A stretch of 64,000 nucleotides of DNA from a candidate division WOR-3 bacterium (lineage in GTDB: Bacteria; Hydrothermota; Hydrothermia; LBFQ01; DSFT01): the NCBI GenBank assembly GCA_039802865.1, contig JBDRXL010000001.1, positions 1,723-65,722 of the forward strand, given 5' to 3'. The translations under genes were made by a program, and so were the position numbers. The stretch's first letter is position 1. Each line of letters opens with the position of its first letter. Shown in pieces: positions 1 through 9,324 of this stretch. Below the pieces are notes generated by a model. The model made no database searches and had not been told where the DNA came from. It saw only the letters and a program-made list of their open reading frames with translations.

Positions 1-2
1 AA

Positions 3-629
3 GCCTTAAGTCCAGCATTAAGTGAAGAAAAGAGAAAATGGCTTGGTGAGATAGCGGTAAAGGGAGCAAAAGCAATAGGTTACTATTCTGCTGGAACAAT
101 GGAATTTTTAATGGATAAAGATGGAAATATATATTTTATTGAAATGAATACAAGAATACAAGTAGAGCATCCCGTAACAGAAATGATTACAGGAATTGAT
201 ATTGTAAAAGAGATGATTTTAATAGCAATGGATGAAAAATTAAGATATAAACAGGAAGATATTAAATTTAAAGGGCATGCTATTGAAGCAAGAATAAATG
301 CAGAAGACCCAGAAAGGAACTTTATACCAACTGCTGGAAAAATTGATTTTGTTCATAAACCCGGTGGTCCTGGTATTAGAGTTGATAGTCATATATATTC
401 TGGTTATACAATACCTCCATATTATGATTCATTGATTGCAAAACTTATTGCTTGGGATGAAAATAGAGAGAAAGCTATAAATAGATTAAAAAGAGCACTT
501 GAAGAGTTTGTAATTAGAGGAGAAGGGATTAAAACGATAATTCCATTACATTTAAAAATTTTAGAAAATGAAAAATTTAAAAAAGGTGATATTCATACAA
601 ATTTCTTAGAAGAGATTAGTATCCTTTAA
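3..629 (+). CDS. accC: Acetyl-CoA carboxylase biotin carboxylase subunit, C-terminal portion (5' end cut by the window edge)
   Basis: The frame is open from position 3. Conserved biotin carboxylase C-terminal region ([22 protein letters not shown]). Confidence 0.85.
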   Translation, partial: ALSPALSEEKRKWLGEIAVKGAKAIGYYSAGTMEFLMDKDGNIYFIEMNTRIQVEHPVTEMITGIDIVKEMILIAMDEKLRYKQEDIKFKGHAIEARINAEDPERNFIPTAGKIDFVHKPGGPGIRVDSHIYSGYTIPPYYDSLIAKLIAWDENREKAINRLKRALEEFVIRGEGIKTIIPLHLKILENEKFKKGDIHTNFLEEISIL

Positions 630-639
630 AATTTCAAGT

Positions 640-1158
640 ATGAGAAGTTTTATTTTTTTAACTTTTCTTTTTTTAGGTTGTTCTTATGCCCAAAAGGAAC
701 TTAAAATTGATGAAAATAAATTAATTGAATTTATAAAGAAAAATTTTAAAAATTATCAAATTTTTGATAAACCTATCATTAAGGCTAAATATAAAAATTT
801 GATCTTGGTTGAATTTGCAAGTGCAGGTGCCGCTACTAATTATAGTGTTATTCTATTATATAAGAACAATAATTTTCAGATTACAAAAATTAAAAAGGAT
901 AGTAAATATGAGGATGCTATATTTGTAATTGGAGTAGGCGGTGCTGGAAGATATAGTGCTGATGTAAAACTTGGTGAAAAATTAAAATTTTATGAGTATT
1001 CTATATATGGTGAAGATAATGATTATTGTAGAGCTAATGTTTATAATTTTAATAATAAGGCTTTTATATTAGATGAAAAAGAAAGTAAAATTGAAAGAGA
1101 AAATTATTGTAAAGAGGTTTGTAAAATGCTTGGAATTGAAAGTAAAGCTTGTGATTAA
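640..1158 (+). CDS. Lipoprotein with one copy of a ~150-aa Cys-containing domain (family shared with the next gene)
   Basis: Signal peptide plus lipobox (FLGCSYAQ). Strong similarity to each repeat of the 1183-2628 protein (YSADVKLGEKL...DYC...VY.F.N...DEKES...NYC..C). Confidence 0.6.
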   Translation: MRSFIFLTFLFLGCSYAQKELKIDENKLIEFIKKNFKNYQIFDKPIIKAKYKNLILVEFASAGAATNYSVILLYKNNNFQITKIKKDSKYEDAIFVIGVGGAGRYSADVKLGEKLKFYEYSIYGEDNDYCRANVYNFNNKAFILDEKESKIERENYCKEVCKMLGIESKACD

Positions 1159-1182
1159 CCCATACCTTAAAATTTTAAAACT

Positions 1183-2628
1183 ATGAGAAAGTTCATTTTA
1201 TTTTCAATATTTATTTTGTTTTGGGGGTGCTCCTCTGATAAGGTTGATGAGAAGAAACTGGAAGAGTTTATAAAGGAGAATTTCAAAGATTATGAGCTTC
1301 TTGATAAGCCTATTATTAAGGAGAAATATAAAAATTTGATTTTAGTGAGTTTTGCAAAAGCCGGAACGGAAGGGGTTTATAGTGTAGTTTTATCACATAA
1401 GGGAAATAAGTTTAAAATTGTAGATATTAAGAAAGGTGATGAAACAAAAAAAGCTATATTTACAATTGGAAAAGATAGGACTGAAAGATATAGTGCTGAT
1501 GTAAAACTTGGAGAAAAATTAATTATTTATGAGCACTCTATATATGGTAAGAAAGATGATTATTGTAATGCTTATGTTTATAAATTTGAAAATGGCATAT
1601 TTGTGTTTGATGAAAAGGAAAGCTTAAATGAAAAAGGAAATTATTGTTATGAGATTTGCCAAAAAATTGATGTTGATAGTAGAGTTTGCAATCCAGAAAT
1701 TGACCAAAAGAAATTAAGTGAGTTTATTAAAAATAACTTTTCAAATTATAAGCTTTCCAAAAATCCTATTATTATAGATAGATATAAGAGTTTAGTTGTA
1801 GTAAGGTTTTCAACGGACTATAAAAGTGCAATTTTATTGTATAAAAATAATGAATTTCAAAGTGTAAAAGTTAAGAAAGGAAATGAAGAGGAAAATGCTA
1901 TATTTAAAACAGTTATAGGAAAACAGGTAGGTTCCCGTGTAAAAATTATTGATAATAAAGTAATAGCTTATGATTATTCAATTAGTAATAACAAAAATGA
2001 TTATTGTGAAGTTAGAGTTTATGATTTTGATAGAAATGTGCTTATCCCAAATAGAGAAGCAAAAAACATAGAAATTACAAGTTGTATGGCAATATGTAGT
2101 GCTATATTAGATGGAAATTGGAAAAGTAGTGTTGCTTGCTCCAAGCTTTCATCTCCCGAAAAATTAGATGTTACAATTGATGAGAGTAATTTAAAAAGTA
2201 TAGTAAGGGAAAAGTTCGGTAGCGGTCTAGATGAAGTTGAACAAGAGATTGAACCCTCTATATCAAGTGTTATAGGTTTTAAGGATTTAATTATTGTAAG
2301 TGCAGAAAAATACTTTTATAGTGCAAGAAATATTCAGAAGGAAGAAGGAAACTTAATATTAAAATATAAAGATGGAAACTTTCAAATAGTAAAGGTTAAG
2401 AAAGGTGATGTATATGAAGAAGCTGTATGGTCCTATCAATCTCCAGCTCATAATTTAGAAATAGGTATTGATGGAAAAATAAGGCGTTATACCTATAATT
2501 CTTCTAGTGATTGTAATGTTGAAGTTTATGATATTTCAGATGATGGACTTATTCTTGATGAAAAAGCAAGCAAAATAGAAACTGGAATTTATTGTAAAAT
2601 TAAAGATATAATAACATCAGTAAAATAG
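1183..2628 (+). CDS. Lipoprotein with three tandem copies of the same ~150-aa Cys-containing domain
   Basis: Lipobox FWGCSS. Internal repeats start near residues 20, 180 and 330, each carrying the conserved DYC/NYC/C pattern. Confidence 0.6.
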   Translation: MRKFILFSIFILFWGCSSDKVDEKKLEEFIKENFKDYELLDKPIIKEKYKNLILVSFAKAGTEGVYSVVLSHKGNKFKIVDIKKGDETKKAIFTIGKDRTERYSADVKLGEKLIIYEHSIYGKKDDYCNAYVYKFENGIFVFDEKESLNEKGNYCYEICQKIDVDSRVCNPEIDQKKLSEFIKNNFSNYKLSKNPIIIDRYKSLVVVRFSTDYKSAILLYKNNEFQSVKVKKGNEEENAIFKTVIGKQVGSRVKIIDNKVIAYDYSISNNKNDYCEVRVYDFDRNVLIPNREAKNIEITSCMAICSAILDGNWKSSVACSKLSSPEKLDVTIDESNLKSIVREKFGSGLDEVEQEIEPSISSVIGFKDLIIVSAEKYFYSARNIQKEEGNLILKYKDGNFQIVKVKKGDVYEEAVWSYQSPAHNLEIGIDGKIRRYTYNSSSDCNVEVYDISDDGLILDEKASKIETGIYCKIKDIITSVK

Positions 2629-4023
2629 TTGAAAAGCTTGTTTAACTACCTCTGAATCATCAAAATGATATTTAACTCCCTTTATTTCTTGATAAGTTTC
2701 ATGACCTTTGCCCGCTATCAATACAACATCATCACTATTTGATATAGAAATTGCAAGTTTAATTGCCTTTTCTCTATCTAATTGAACAATATGAGCTTTA
2801 TTTAATCCATTTTCTATATCTTTAACAATTTGTATAGGTTCTTCATCTCTTGGATTATCACTTGTTAATATAATTATATCTGCCAATTCAGAAACTTTGC
2901 CCATCAATGGTCTTTTAGAATGGTCCCTATTTCCACCTGCTCCAAATACTAATATAATTTTCTTATTAAAAACACTTCTTAAAGTTTTTAAAACTCTATA
3001 AAGGGCATCAGGGGTATGTGCATAATCTATAAATACATTTTTTATCCTTTCAAGTCTTCCTTTTGGGGGATTTACCAAACTTAATACATCAACAATTTTA
3101 TTATCATCAAAACCAATTGCTTTTAAAATTGAATAAGAGCAAAGTAAATTATAAGCATTAAATTCACCAATGAAATTTCTATTTTCAATAATTTTATCAA
3201 AAATTTTTATTTTAAGCCCATTTGCAGAATTTTCAATAATTTCACCTTTAAATGTTGCTTTTTTATAAAAACCATAAGTTATTACTTTCCCATTGCAATT
3301 ATTTATAAAGTAATCACTATTCTCATCATCTACATTTATAATTCCTATGCTATCTTTATTTAACATTCTAAATAATTTAGCTTTTGCATCTCTATAATTT
3401 TCAAATGTTTTATGAAAATCCAAATGGTCAATTGTTAGATTTGTAAAAACCCCAATTTTAAAATCAACATCATCTACTCTATTCAATGCCAATGCATGAC
3501 TTGAAACTTCCATAACTAAAAAATTCCCACCATTCTTAAAAATCTCAAAAATATATCTTTGTAGCTCTAAGGATTGGGGAGTTGTTAATGTAGGTGTTTC
3601 TTTTCTTATAATTAAATCATTTATAACTGTTCCAAGAAGACCTGTTTTATAATTTAAATAATTCAAAGCCTGATATGTTATATAAGATGTTGTAGTTTTT
3701 CCATTAGTTCCAGTTATTCCGATTACGAAAACTTTTTTAGAAGGATAGTTATAAAATTTTGCTGAAATTTTTGAAAGGACTTCTCTTGTGTTTTGAACAA
3801 TTATTTGATTTATATTAAAATTGAATTTTCTTTCAACTACAATTGCTTTTGCTCCATTCTTAATTGCTTCTTCTACAAAGTTATGCCCATCATTTTTTTC
3901 ACCCCTTATAGCAAAAAAGACAAAATTATCTTTTACTTCTTTACTATTATAAGCTAATCCCTTTACTTCAAAATCAAAGAAATTTTCAATTTTATATTCA
4001 CTAAATAATTCTGATAGTTTCAA
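2617..4023 (-). CDS. murE: UDP-N-acetylmuramoyl-L-alanyl-D-glutamate--2,6-diaminopimelate ligase (Mur ligase family)
   Basis: Mur ligase P-loop GITGTNGKTTT. Typical length and domain order. Probable TTG start at 4021-4023. Confidence 0.8.
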   Translation of the reverse strand: MKLSELFSEYKIENFFDFEVKGLAYNSKEVKDNFVFFAIRGEKNDGHNFVEEAIKNGAKAIVVERKFNFNINQIIVQNTREVLSKISAKFYNYPSKKVFVIGITGTNGKTTTSYITYQALNYLNYKTGLLGTVINDLIIRKETPTLTTPQSLELQRYIFEIFKNGGNFLVMEVSSHALALNRVDDVDFKIGVFTNLTIDHLDFHKTFENYRDAKAKLFRMLNKDSIGIINVDDENSDYFINNCNGKVITYGFYKKATFKGEIIENSANGLKIKIFDKIIENRNFIGEFNAYNLLCSYSILKAIGFDDNKIVDVLSLVNPPKGRLERIKNVFIDYAHTPDALYRVLKTLRSVFNKKIILVFGAGGNRDHSKRPLMGKVSELADIIILTSDNPRDEEPIQIVKDIENGLNKAHIVQLDREKAIKLAISISNSDDVVLIAGKGHETYQEIKGVKYHFDDSEVVKQAFQLFY

Positions 4024-4274
4024 AGCTGTCTATAAAGTATAACAAAAATAATTCCAAAAATAAGCATTAAAAGAGAAAAATTGAAAATTAGTGAAAATGA
4101 GAAGTTAAAAGTAACTAAATCAATTTTTACATTTTCTATTCCAAATTTAATTTTATGGGTTATAAATTCACTTGCAGGATGTGGTGGAAGGTATTTCGTT
4201 ATTGCCCAATCTGTAATTGTTCCCATAATAAAACCTAAAATTAATACAAAGAAATAAGATTTAAGGGATTTCAA
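4020..4274 (-). CDS. Small hydrophobic protein (two predicted TM helices) with a TTG start 1 nt after the tRNA-Leu 3' end. Possibly not a real gene.
   Basis: ORF only. Hydrophobic composition. Its stop overlaps the murE start (TTGA). Confidence 0.25.
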   Translation of the reverse strand: MKSLKSYFFVLILGFIMGTITDWAITKYLPPHPASEFITHKIKFGIENVKIDLVTFNFSFSLIFNFSLLMLIFGIIFVILYRQL

Positions 4275-4275
4275 A

Positions 4276-4362
4276 TGCCCGGGGAGGGACTCGAACCCTC
4301 ACGCCCCTTTTGGGGGCCCAGGATTTTAAGTCCTGTGCGTCTTCCTATTCCGCCACCCGGGC
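4276..4362 (-). tRNA. tRNA-Leu (anticodon UAA), class II with a long variable arm
   Basis: The reverse complement reads GCCCGGGTGGCGGAATAGG...CAGGACTTAAAATCCTG...GGGTTCGAGTCCCTCCCCGGGCA. It has a 7-bp acceptor stem, anticodon loop CTTAAAA, a T-arm GGTTCGAGTCC, and no encoded CCA. Confidence 0.85.
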
Positions 4363-4365
4363 AAG

Positions 4366-4381
4366 TTTGAAAATTTTAAAG
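4366..4381 (-). promoter_or_regulatory. Promoter-like palindromic motif TTTGAAAATTTTAAAG 5-6 nt upstream of the tRNA-Leu 5' end
   Basis: Same motif as is found upstream of many CDS starts. Contains the -10-like hexamer TAAAAT. Confidence 0.45.
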
Positions 4382-4387
4382 CAAGAG

Positions 4388-5227
4388 TTATTTATCCTTT
4401 TTTGTTGTAAAAATAAATCCTTCATACCATACATGAGAAGGACTTGATGCTCTATTATCAAACGACACATACACAATAAGTGGTCGAGAACCTTCTCCAT
4501 TTTCATCTCTTGAACCTTTAATCAACCAATATTGCCTACCACCACTTAACATGCCATCATAATAAACATATCCCTTTGAATCGTAAATTTTAGCTCTTGT
4601 ATTAACATCATTTAGTAAGTATATATAGAGAACTAAGATATCATTTTCATCAACTACATAAAAGGTTTCAATTGAACTTTTAGTGCCTATTTTTAGATTA
4701 TAATCTCCTTTATGAAACCTCGTTTCTAACTTCTTAAATTTAGAACCATCCCAGTATAAGAGAGAAGGAACAGGTCTAGAAGAGTGTGCTATAATATAAT
4801 TACTGACATACATATCAAAATCAGAATCATAGACTTCTTCATCTTTATAATAGAGATAACCAAGTCCCTGTATATAAATATCAGTTTTTTCACCGGGTTC
4901 TTCAATTTCTATCCATTTCCCATTTCTGTATAAAAACACATGAACTATCCTTCCAATTTTAGCAGAAACTGATTCCACAATTTTTATTCCAATTTTATCT
5001 CCAATAGGAATAGTAGTTACATCTCCTATTTGACTACCACCCTCCTCGCTTTGCACCTTAAATATCACTTCTCTCTTACCGGTTGCACCATCAACTACAA
5101 CAACACTGTTTTTCCCCCATATTATCTCATCATCAACCTTATCTCCCGTTACATCTTCTATAAGCTTTTGAGCATATAAGAAAGAAAAGCTATAAAGAAG
5201 AAGAAAATATGAACTTAACTTTTTCAT
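4388..5227 (-). CDS. Secreted protein of unknown function
   Basis: N-terminal signal peptide (LLLYSFSFLYAQ). SD sequence GGAGGGG upstream. No recognisable catalytic motif. Confidence 0.5.
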   Translation of the reverse strand: MKKLSSYFLLLYSFSFLYAQKLIEDVTGDKVDDEIIWGKNSVVVVDGATGKREVIFKVQSEEGGSQIGDVTTIPIGDKIGIKIVESVSAKIGRIVHVFLYRNGKWIEIEEPGEKTDIYIQGLGYLYYKDEEVYDSDFDMYVSNYIIAHSSRPVPSLLYWDGSKFKKLETRFHKGDYNLKIGTKSSIETFYVVDENDILVLYIYLLNDVNTRAKIYDSKGYVYYDGMLSGGRQYWLIKGSRDENGEGSRPLIVYVSFDNRASSPSHVWYEGFIFTTKKDK

Positions 5228-5287
5228 ATTTCCCCTCCTTTATTTTGAAAATTTTAAAGTCTTCACTATAAAATTTCAAATCCAACA

Positions 5288-6313
5288 TTGTTAAAACTTC
5301 TATTGTTATTTCATATTTTAATTTTTCTTATTGCTTTATATAAATTTGCTTCAATAAAAAAACTCAAAAGAAATTATAAAGAAAAACAACCTTTTGTTTC
5401 AATTTTAATTCCTGCAAGAAATGAAGAAAAAAATTTGCCTATCTTATTAAATTCCTTATTGAAAGTTAAGTATGAAAACGTAGAGATTCTAATTTATGAT
5501 GATTTATCGGAAGATAGAACTTATGAAATTGCTAAAAGCTTTGAAAATGAAAAAATTAAAGTAATAAAGGGGAAAGAAAAACCTTTTCACTGGATTGGAA
5601 AAAACTTTGCTTTATATAATTTAGTAAAATTTTCAAAGGGTGAAATTTTAATATTCTTAGATGCGGATGTTGAAATTATTGATGAGGAATTTATTCTTAA
5701 AGTTGTAGATAATATAAATGAAAATAATGTTATTACGGGTTTTGGGAAATTTGAAGGAGGTGGAAAAGCTATATTATCTATAATAACATTTCTGTTTTCA
5801 CAAATTCCTATAAATTTAGGATTGAATGGACAATTTTGGGCAATTAAAAGAGAAAACTATTTAAAATATGAGCCACACCTTAAATTTAAAAATGAAGTTC
5901 TTGAAGATGTAAAAATTGGTATTTATTTGTTATTTAAAGGGTTAAAAGTGGAATTTTTTGATCTTAAAGATGTATTTAAGGTAAAAATGTATGATAATTT
6001 TTATGAAATGATTGAAGGGCTTACAAAAAATGCATATAGTATGTTTGGTAAGAAATTTACACCAATAATGGTTATTTTATTTTACTTTGCTTTTCTAATT
6101 CCATTTATTTTATTTCCAATTTATCCATTTTACTTAATTTGCTTAATTATTCTATTAGATAAGCTTATTTGCGATATTAAATATGGCTTTTCAATAAAAT
6201 ATACTTTTTTAACACCAATTAGCTTTTTTATATTTGGATTAATAATGTTAAGGTCTTGGTATTTTTCTTTAAAGGGTAAGCTTTACTGGAAAGGAAGAAA
6301 TTTAAAGCTTTAA
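5288..6313 (+). CDS. Family 2 glycosyltransferase, membrane-anchored with multiple C-terminal TM helices
   Basis: Sequence SILIPARNEE...YDDLSEDRT followed by the D-x-D-like LDADVE motif. TTG start. Confidence 0.7.
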   Translation: MLKLLLLFHILIFLIALYKFASIKKLKRNYKEKQPFVSILIPARNEEKNLPILLNSLLKVKYENVEILIYDDLSEDRTYEIAKSFENEKIKVIKGKEKPFHWIGKNFALYNLVKFSKGEILIFLDADVEIIDEEFILKVVDNINENNVITGFGKFEGGGKAILSIITFLFSQIPINLGLNGQFWAIKRENYLKYEPHLKFKNEVLEDVKIGIYLLFKGLKVEFFDLKDVFKVKMYDNFYEMIEGLTKNAYSMFGKKFTPIMVILFYFAFLIPFILFPIYPFYLICLIILLDKLICDIKYGFSIKYTFLTPISFFIFGLIMLRSWYFSLKGKLYWKGRNLKL

Positions 6314-6322
6314 AATTTTCAT

Positions 6323-6610
6323 ATGAGAGTAACTGCCAGGAACTTTGAGATAACGGAGACGCTGAGAGAATATATAAACAAGCGCTTAGGTTATCTTGGG
6401 AGATATTCTAATCATATTATAGATAGTGAAATGATATTCCATGAGGAAAGAGGACAATATAAAGGGGAGTTAATTATAAAAGTAAAAGGAAGAACAATAA
6501 AAGCAGAAACAAAAAGTAATGATATATTAAAAGTAGTAGATGAATTAAAGGATATAGCAATAAGGGAGCTTAAAAAATATGAAGAAAAACTAAAAGACCA
6601 TAGAAAATAA
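6323..6610 (+). CDS. hpf: Ribosome hibernation promoting factor / ribosome-associated inhibitor (short form)
   Basis: N-terminus MRVTARNFEITETLREYINKRL is typical of the HPF/RaiA family. About 95 aa. Confidence 0.8.
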   Translation: MRVTARNFEITETLREYINKRLGYLGRYSNHIIDSEMIFHEERGQYKGELIIKVKGRTIKAETKSNDILKVVDELKDIAIRELKKYEEKLKDHRK

Positions 6611-8221
6611 GTGAAAAATGTTTTATTCTTCTTAATTCCAAGTATTTTTTATGTTATATTCATAATAAAATTATTTGAACTTCAAATTTTAAAAGGTGAA
6701 GAATTTTCTAAAAAAGCAATTGAAAATCATTTTTATACAATAAATTTAAAACCAGCAAGAGGTAATATATACGATAGAAATGGTAAAATTTTAGCAGGAA
6801 ATATAGTAAATACAAAGATATTTATTGTTTCAAAGGAAAAAGAGCTAATTAAAGAATATGAAAATTATATTGCCTCTTTAAATGGTTATTATTCTGATAT
6901 AATGGATTATATTGATTTTTCAAGTATTAGTTCAAGAAGAGAACTACTAAAAAACATTATCTTTGTTCCAATTACAAGTAGAATTTATCCCTATAAAGAA
7001 TTAACACCCCATTTAATTGGTTATGTAAATAAGGATGGAATTGGAGTTGAAGGATTTGAGAAGGTATTTGAAGATAGTTTAAGGGGGAAGGAAGGAAAAA
7101 TAATTATACCTGTTGATGTAAGAATGAATATTGTAGATAAAAATAAAATTATTTATAATTTTCCAGAAAAAGGTAAAGACTATAAATTAACCTTAGATAT
7201 TGAACTTCAAATGTTTATAGATAGTTTGGTAAAAAATTATGAAAAATCCGCTGTTATTGTAATGAAAACAAATGGAGAAGTTTTGGCAATGTATTCAAAG
7301 CCAACGTATAATCCTCAGATATTTTCAAGAGGTTTAACAAGGGCAGAATGGGAATATATTAATAATCCAGATTTAGCACCACTATTAAATAGAGCAATCT
7401 CAGGTTTATATCCACCAGGTTCTATTGGAAAAGTTTTAACAACCTTAATAGCGCTCGAAAATGGTTGGAATTGGAAAAATTCAATGCCTTGTTATGGATA
7501 TACAATTTATGGAGGTAATGTCTTTAAAGATTGGACTGTTCATTATCATATTTCAGATATTAAGGAAGCACTTGAAGTATCTTGTAATGTTTATTATTAT
7601 ACACTTGGGAGATTTGTTGGACTTGTAAAATTAACAAATTATTTAAAAAAGCTCGATATATTTAATAAAAAATTTACATTTTTACCCCAAGAGAAAATTT
7701 CATTTGTTCCAGATAGTAGTTGGTATATGAAAAATTATAAATTTATACCTGGTGGAGCTGCTCTTAATCTTGCCATTGGTCAAGGTGAATTATTACTTAC
7801 ACCAATTGCAATATCAATGCTAACTGGTGCAATAGCTAATAATGGGAAAATGCCATATCCAAAATTTTATTTTGGTCAAATTATTAAAGATACTTTTAAG
7901 TTGCAATTTTCTGATTCTGTTATTAAAACTACAAGAGAAGCAATGCTACAAGTTGTGAAAGGTCCGAGAGCAACAGCAGGTTATATTAATTGGAAGCTTT
8001 ATGAATATGGATTTAATATAAATGTTGCCGGAAAAACTGGCTCTTCTGAAAATCCACATAGTAAAAAAACCCATTCACTTTTTACATTATTTGCTCCATA
8101 TGAAAACCCTGAATTTATAATAACTGTTGTAGTAGAAACAGCGGGACATGGAAGTGATGTTGCAGTTCCAATAGCTCTTGAAATTTTAAGATGGTGTTTA
8201 TTGCATTATTATTATCAATAA
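6611..8221 (+). CDS. mrdA: Penicillin-binding protein 2 (elongasome transpeptidase)
   Basis: N-terminal TM helix, PBP dimerisation domain and transpeptidase domain. Sits immediately upstream of rodA. GTG start. Confidence 0.8.
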   Translation: MKNVLFFLIPSIFYVIFIIKLFELQILKGEEFSKKAIENHFYTINLKPARGNIYDRNGKILAGNIVNTKIFIVSKEKELIKEYENYIASLNGYYSDIMDYIDFSSISSRRELLKNIIFVPITSRIYPYKELTPHLIGYVNKDGIGVEGFEKVFEDSLRGKEGKIIIPVDVRMNIVDKNKIIYNFPEKGKDYKLTLDIELQMFIDSLVKNYEKSAVIVMKTNGEVLAMYSKPTYNPQIFSRGLTRAEWEYINNPDLAPLLNRAISGLYPPGSIGKVLTTLIALENGWNWKNSMPCYGYTIYGGNVFKDWTVHYHISDIKEALEVSCNVYYYTLGRFVGLVKLTNYLKKLDIFNKKFTFLPQEKISFVPDSSWYMKNYKFIPGGAALNLAIGQGELLLTPIAISMLTGAIANNGKMPYPKFYFGQIIKDTFKLQFSDSVIKTTREAMLQVVKGPRATAGYINWKLYEYGFNINVAGKTGSSENPHSKKTHSLFTLFAPYENPEFIITVVVETAGHGSDVAVPIALEILRWCLLHYYYQ

Positions 8222-9324
8222 TTGGCATTCTTGAAATTTTTACCATAGATAAAAATTTAGCATATAAACAAATATCATATTTGATTTTTTCGGTTTTATT
8301 TGGCTATTTAATATATAGATATTTTAAAGTTGCTTATATAAGAATGCTATTTTATCCAATTTTATTTCTTACAATTATTTTACTTATTTTAGTGCATTTC
8401 TCACCTTCAGATGTAAATAGATGGATTGATTTAAAGTTTTTTTATTTTCAACCTTCTGAATTATCAAAAATTTTATTGGCATTTATGTTTTATTTATATA
8501 ATCCTTCTGAAAAATTTTTTAAGGTATCTTTCATAATATTGATTTTGTTTATACTCATTTTAACTCAACCAGATTTAGGGTTTGCATTTTCAATTGTCTT
8601 TGTTTCATTTATGATATTTTATTATGCTAATGTTAATAGAAATTTACTTTTATTTTTATTATTCTCAATTATTGCGATATTTAGCTCGTTTAATATCATT
8701 ATGTTCTTTTTTAGCTTTTTAGTCTTAATTTTAATAAATTATTTATTGAAATCAAAGTGGTATTGGTCAATAACTTCAATTTTAACATTTATATTTATCG
8801 GGGTAATAACACCTATTATTTGGTATAATGTTTTAAAACCATATCAAAGAGCAAGGATTATAGCTTTTTTAAATCCAGAAGCTTATAAGCAAAGTGAAGC
8901 ATATCAAATTTATCAAGCTCAAATAGCAATAGGAAGTGGAAAAATTTTTGGAAAGGGTTATGATAAAGGAACTCAAAAAAAATATGATTTCTTGCCCGCT
9001 TCTCATACAGATTTTATATTCTCTTCAATATGTGAAGATTTTGGTTTTATTGGAGGATTTTCTATAATCACTTTAATTTTTATTTTAATTTTAAGAATGC
9101 TTTTTGTATTTTTAAAAGTTGAAGATGAGCAATTGAAAAGATTTACATTAACCTTAATTTTGTTTTTTATATATTCATTTATTATAAATATCTCGGTAAA
9201 TTTAGCGATATTACCTGCAAAGGGCTATCCATTACTTTTTATGAGTTATGGAGGAAGTCATATGCTTATAGATTATATTTGCTTATTTTTAATAATGTGG
9301 GTTAAGAAAGTTTCAACTTTTTAA
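8191..9324 (+). CDS. rodA: SEDS-family peptidoglycan glycosyltransferase RodA
   Basis: Polytopic membrane protein located after PBP2. Has the conserved FtsW/RodA C-terminal region (PAKGYPLLFMSYGGS). Confidence 0.75.
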   Translation: MVFIALLLSIIGILEIFTIDKNLAYKQISYLIFSVLFGYLIYRYFKVAYIRMLFYPILFLTIILLILVHFSPSDVNRWIDLKFFYFQPSELSKILLAFMFYLYNPSEKFFKVSFIILILFILILTQPDLGFAFSIVFVSFMIFYYANVNRNLLLFLLFSIIAIFSSFNIIMFFFSFLVLILINYLLKSKWYWSITSILTFIFIGVITPIIWYNVLKPYQRARIIAFLNPEAYKQSEAYQIYQAQIAIGSGKIFGKGYDKGTQKKYDFLPASHTDFIFSSICEDFGFIGGFSIITLIFILILRMLFVFLKVEDEQLKRFTLTLILFFIYSFIINISVNLAILPAKGYPLLFMSYGGSHMLIDYICLFLIMWVKKVSTF

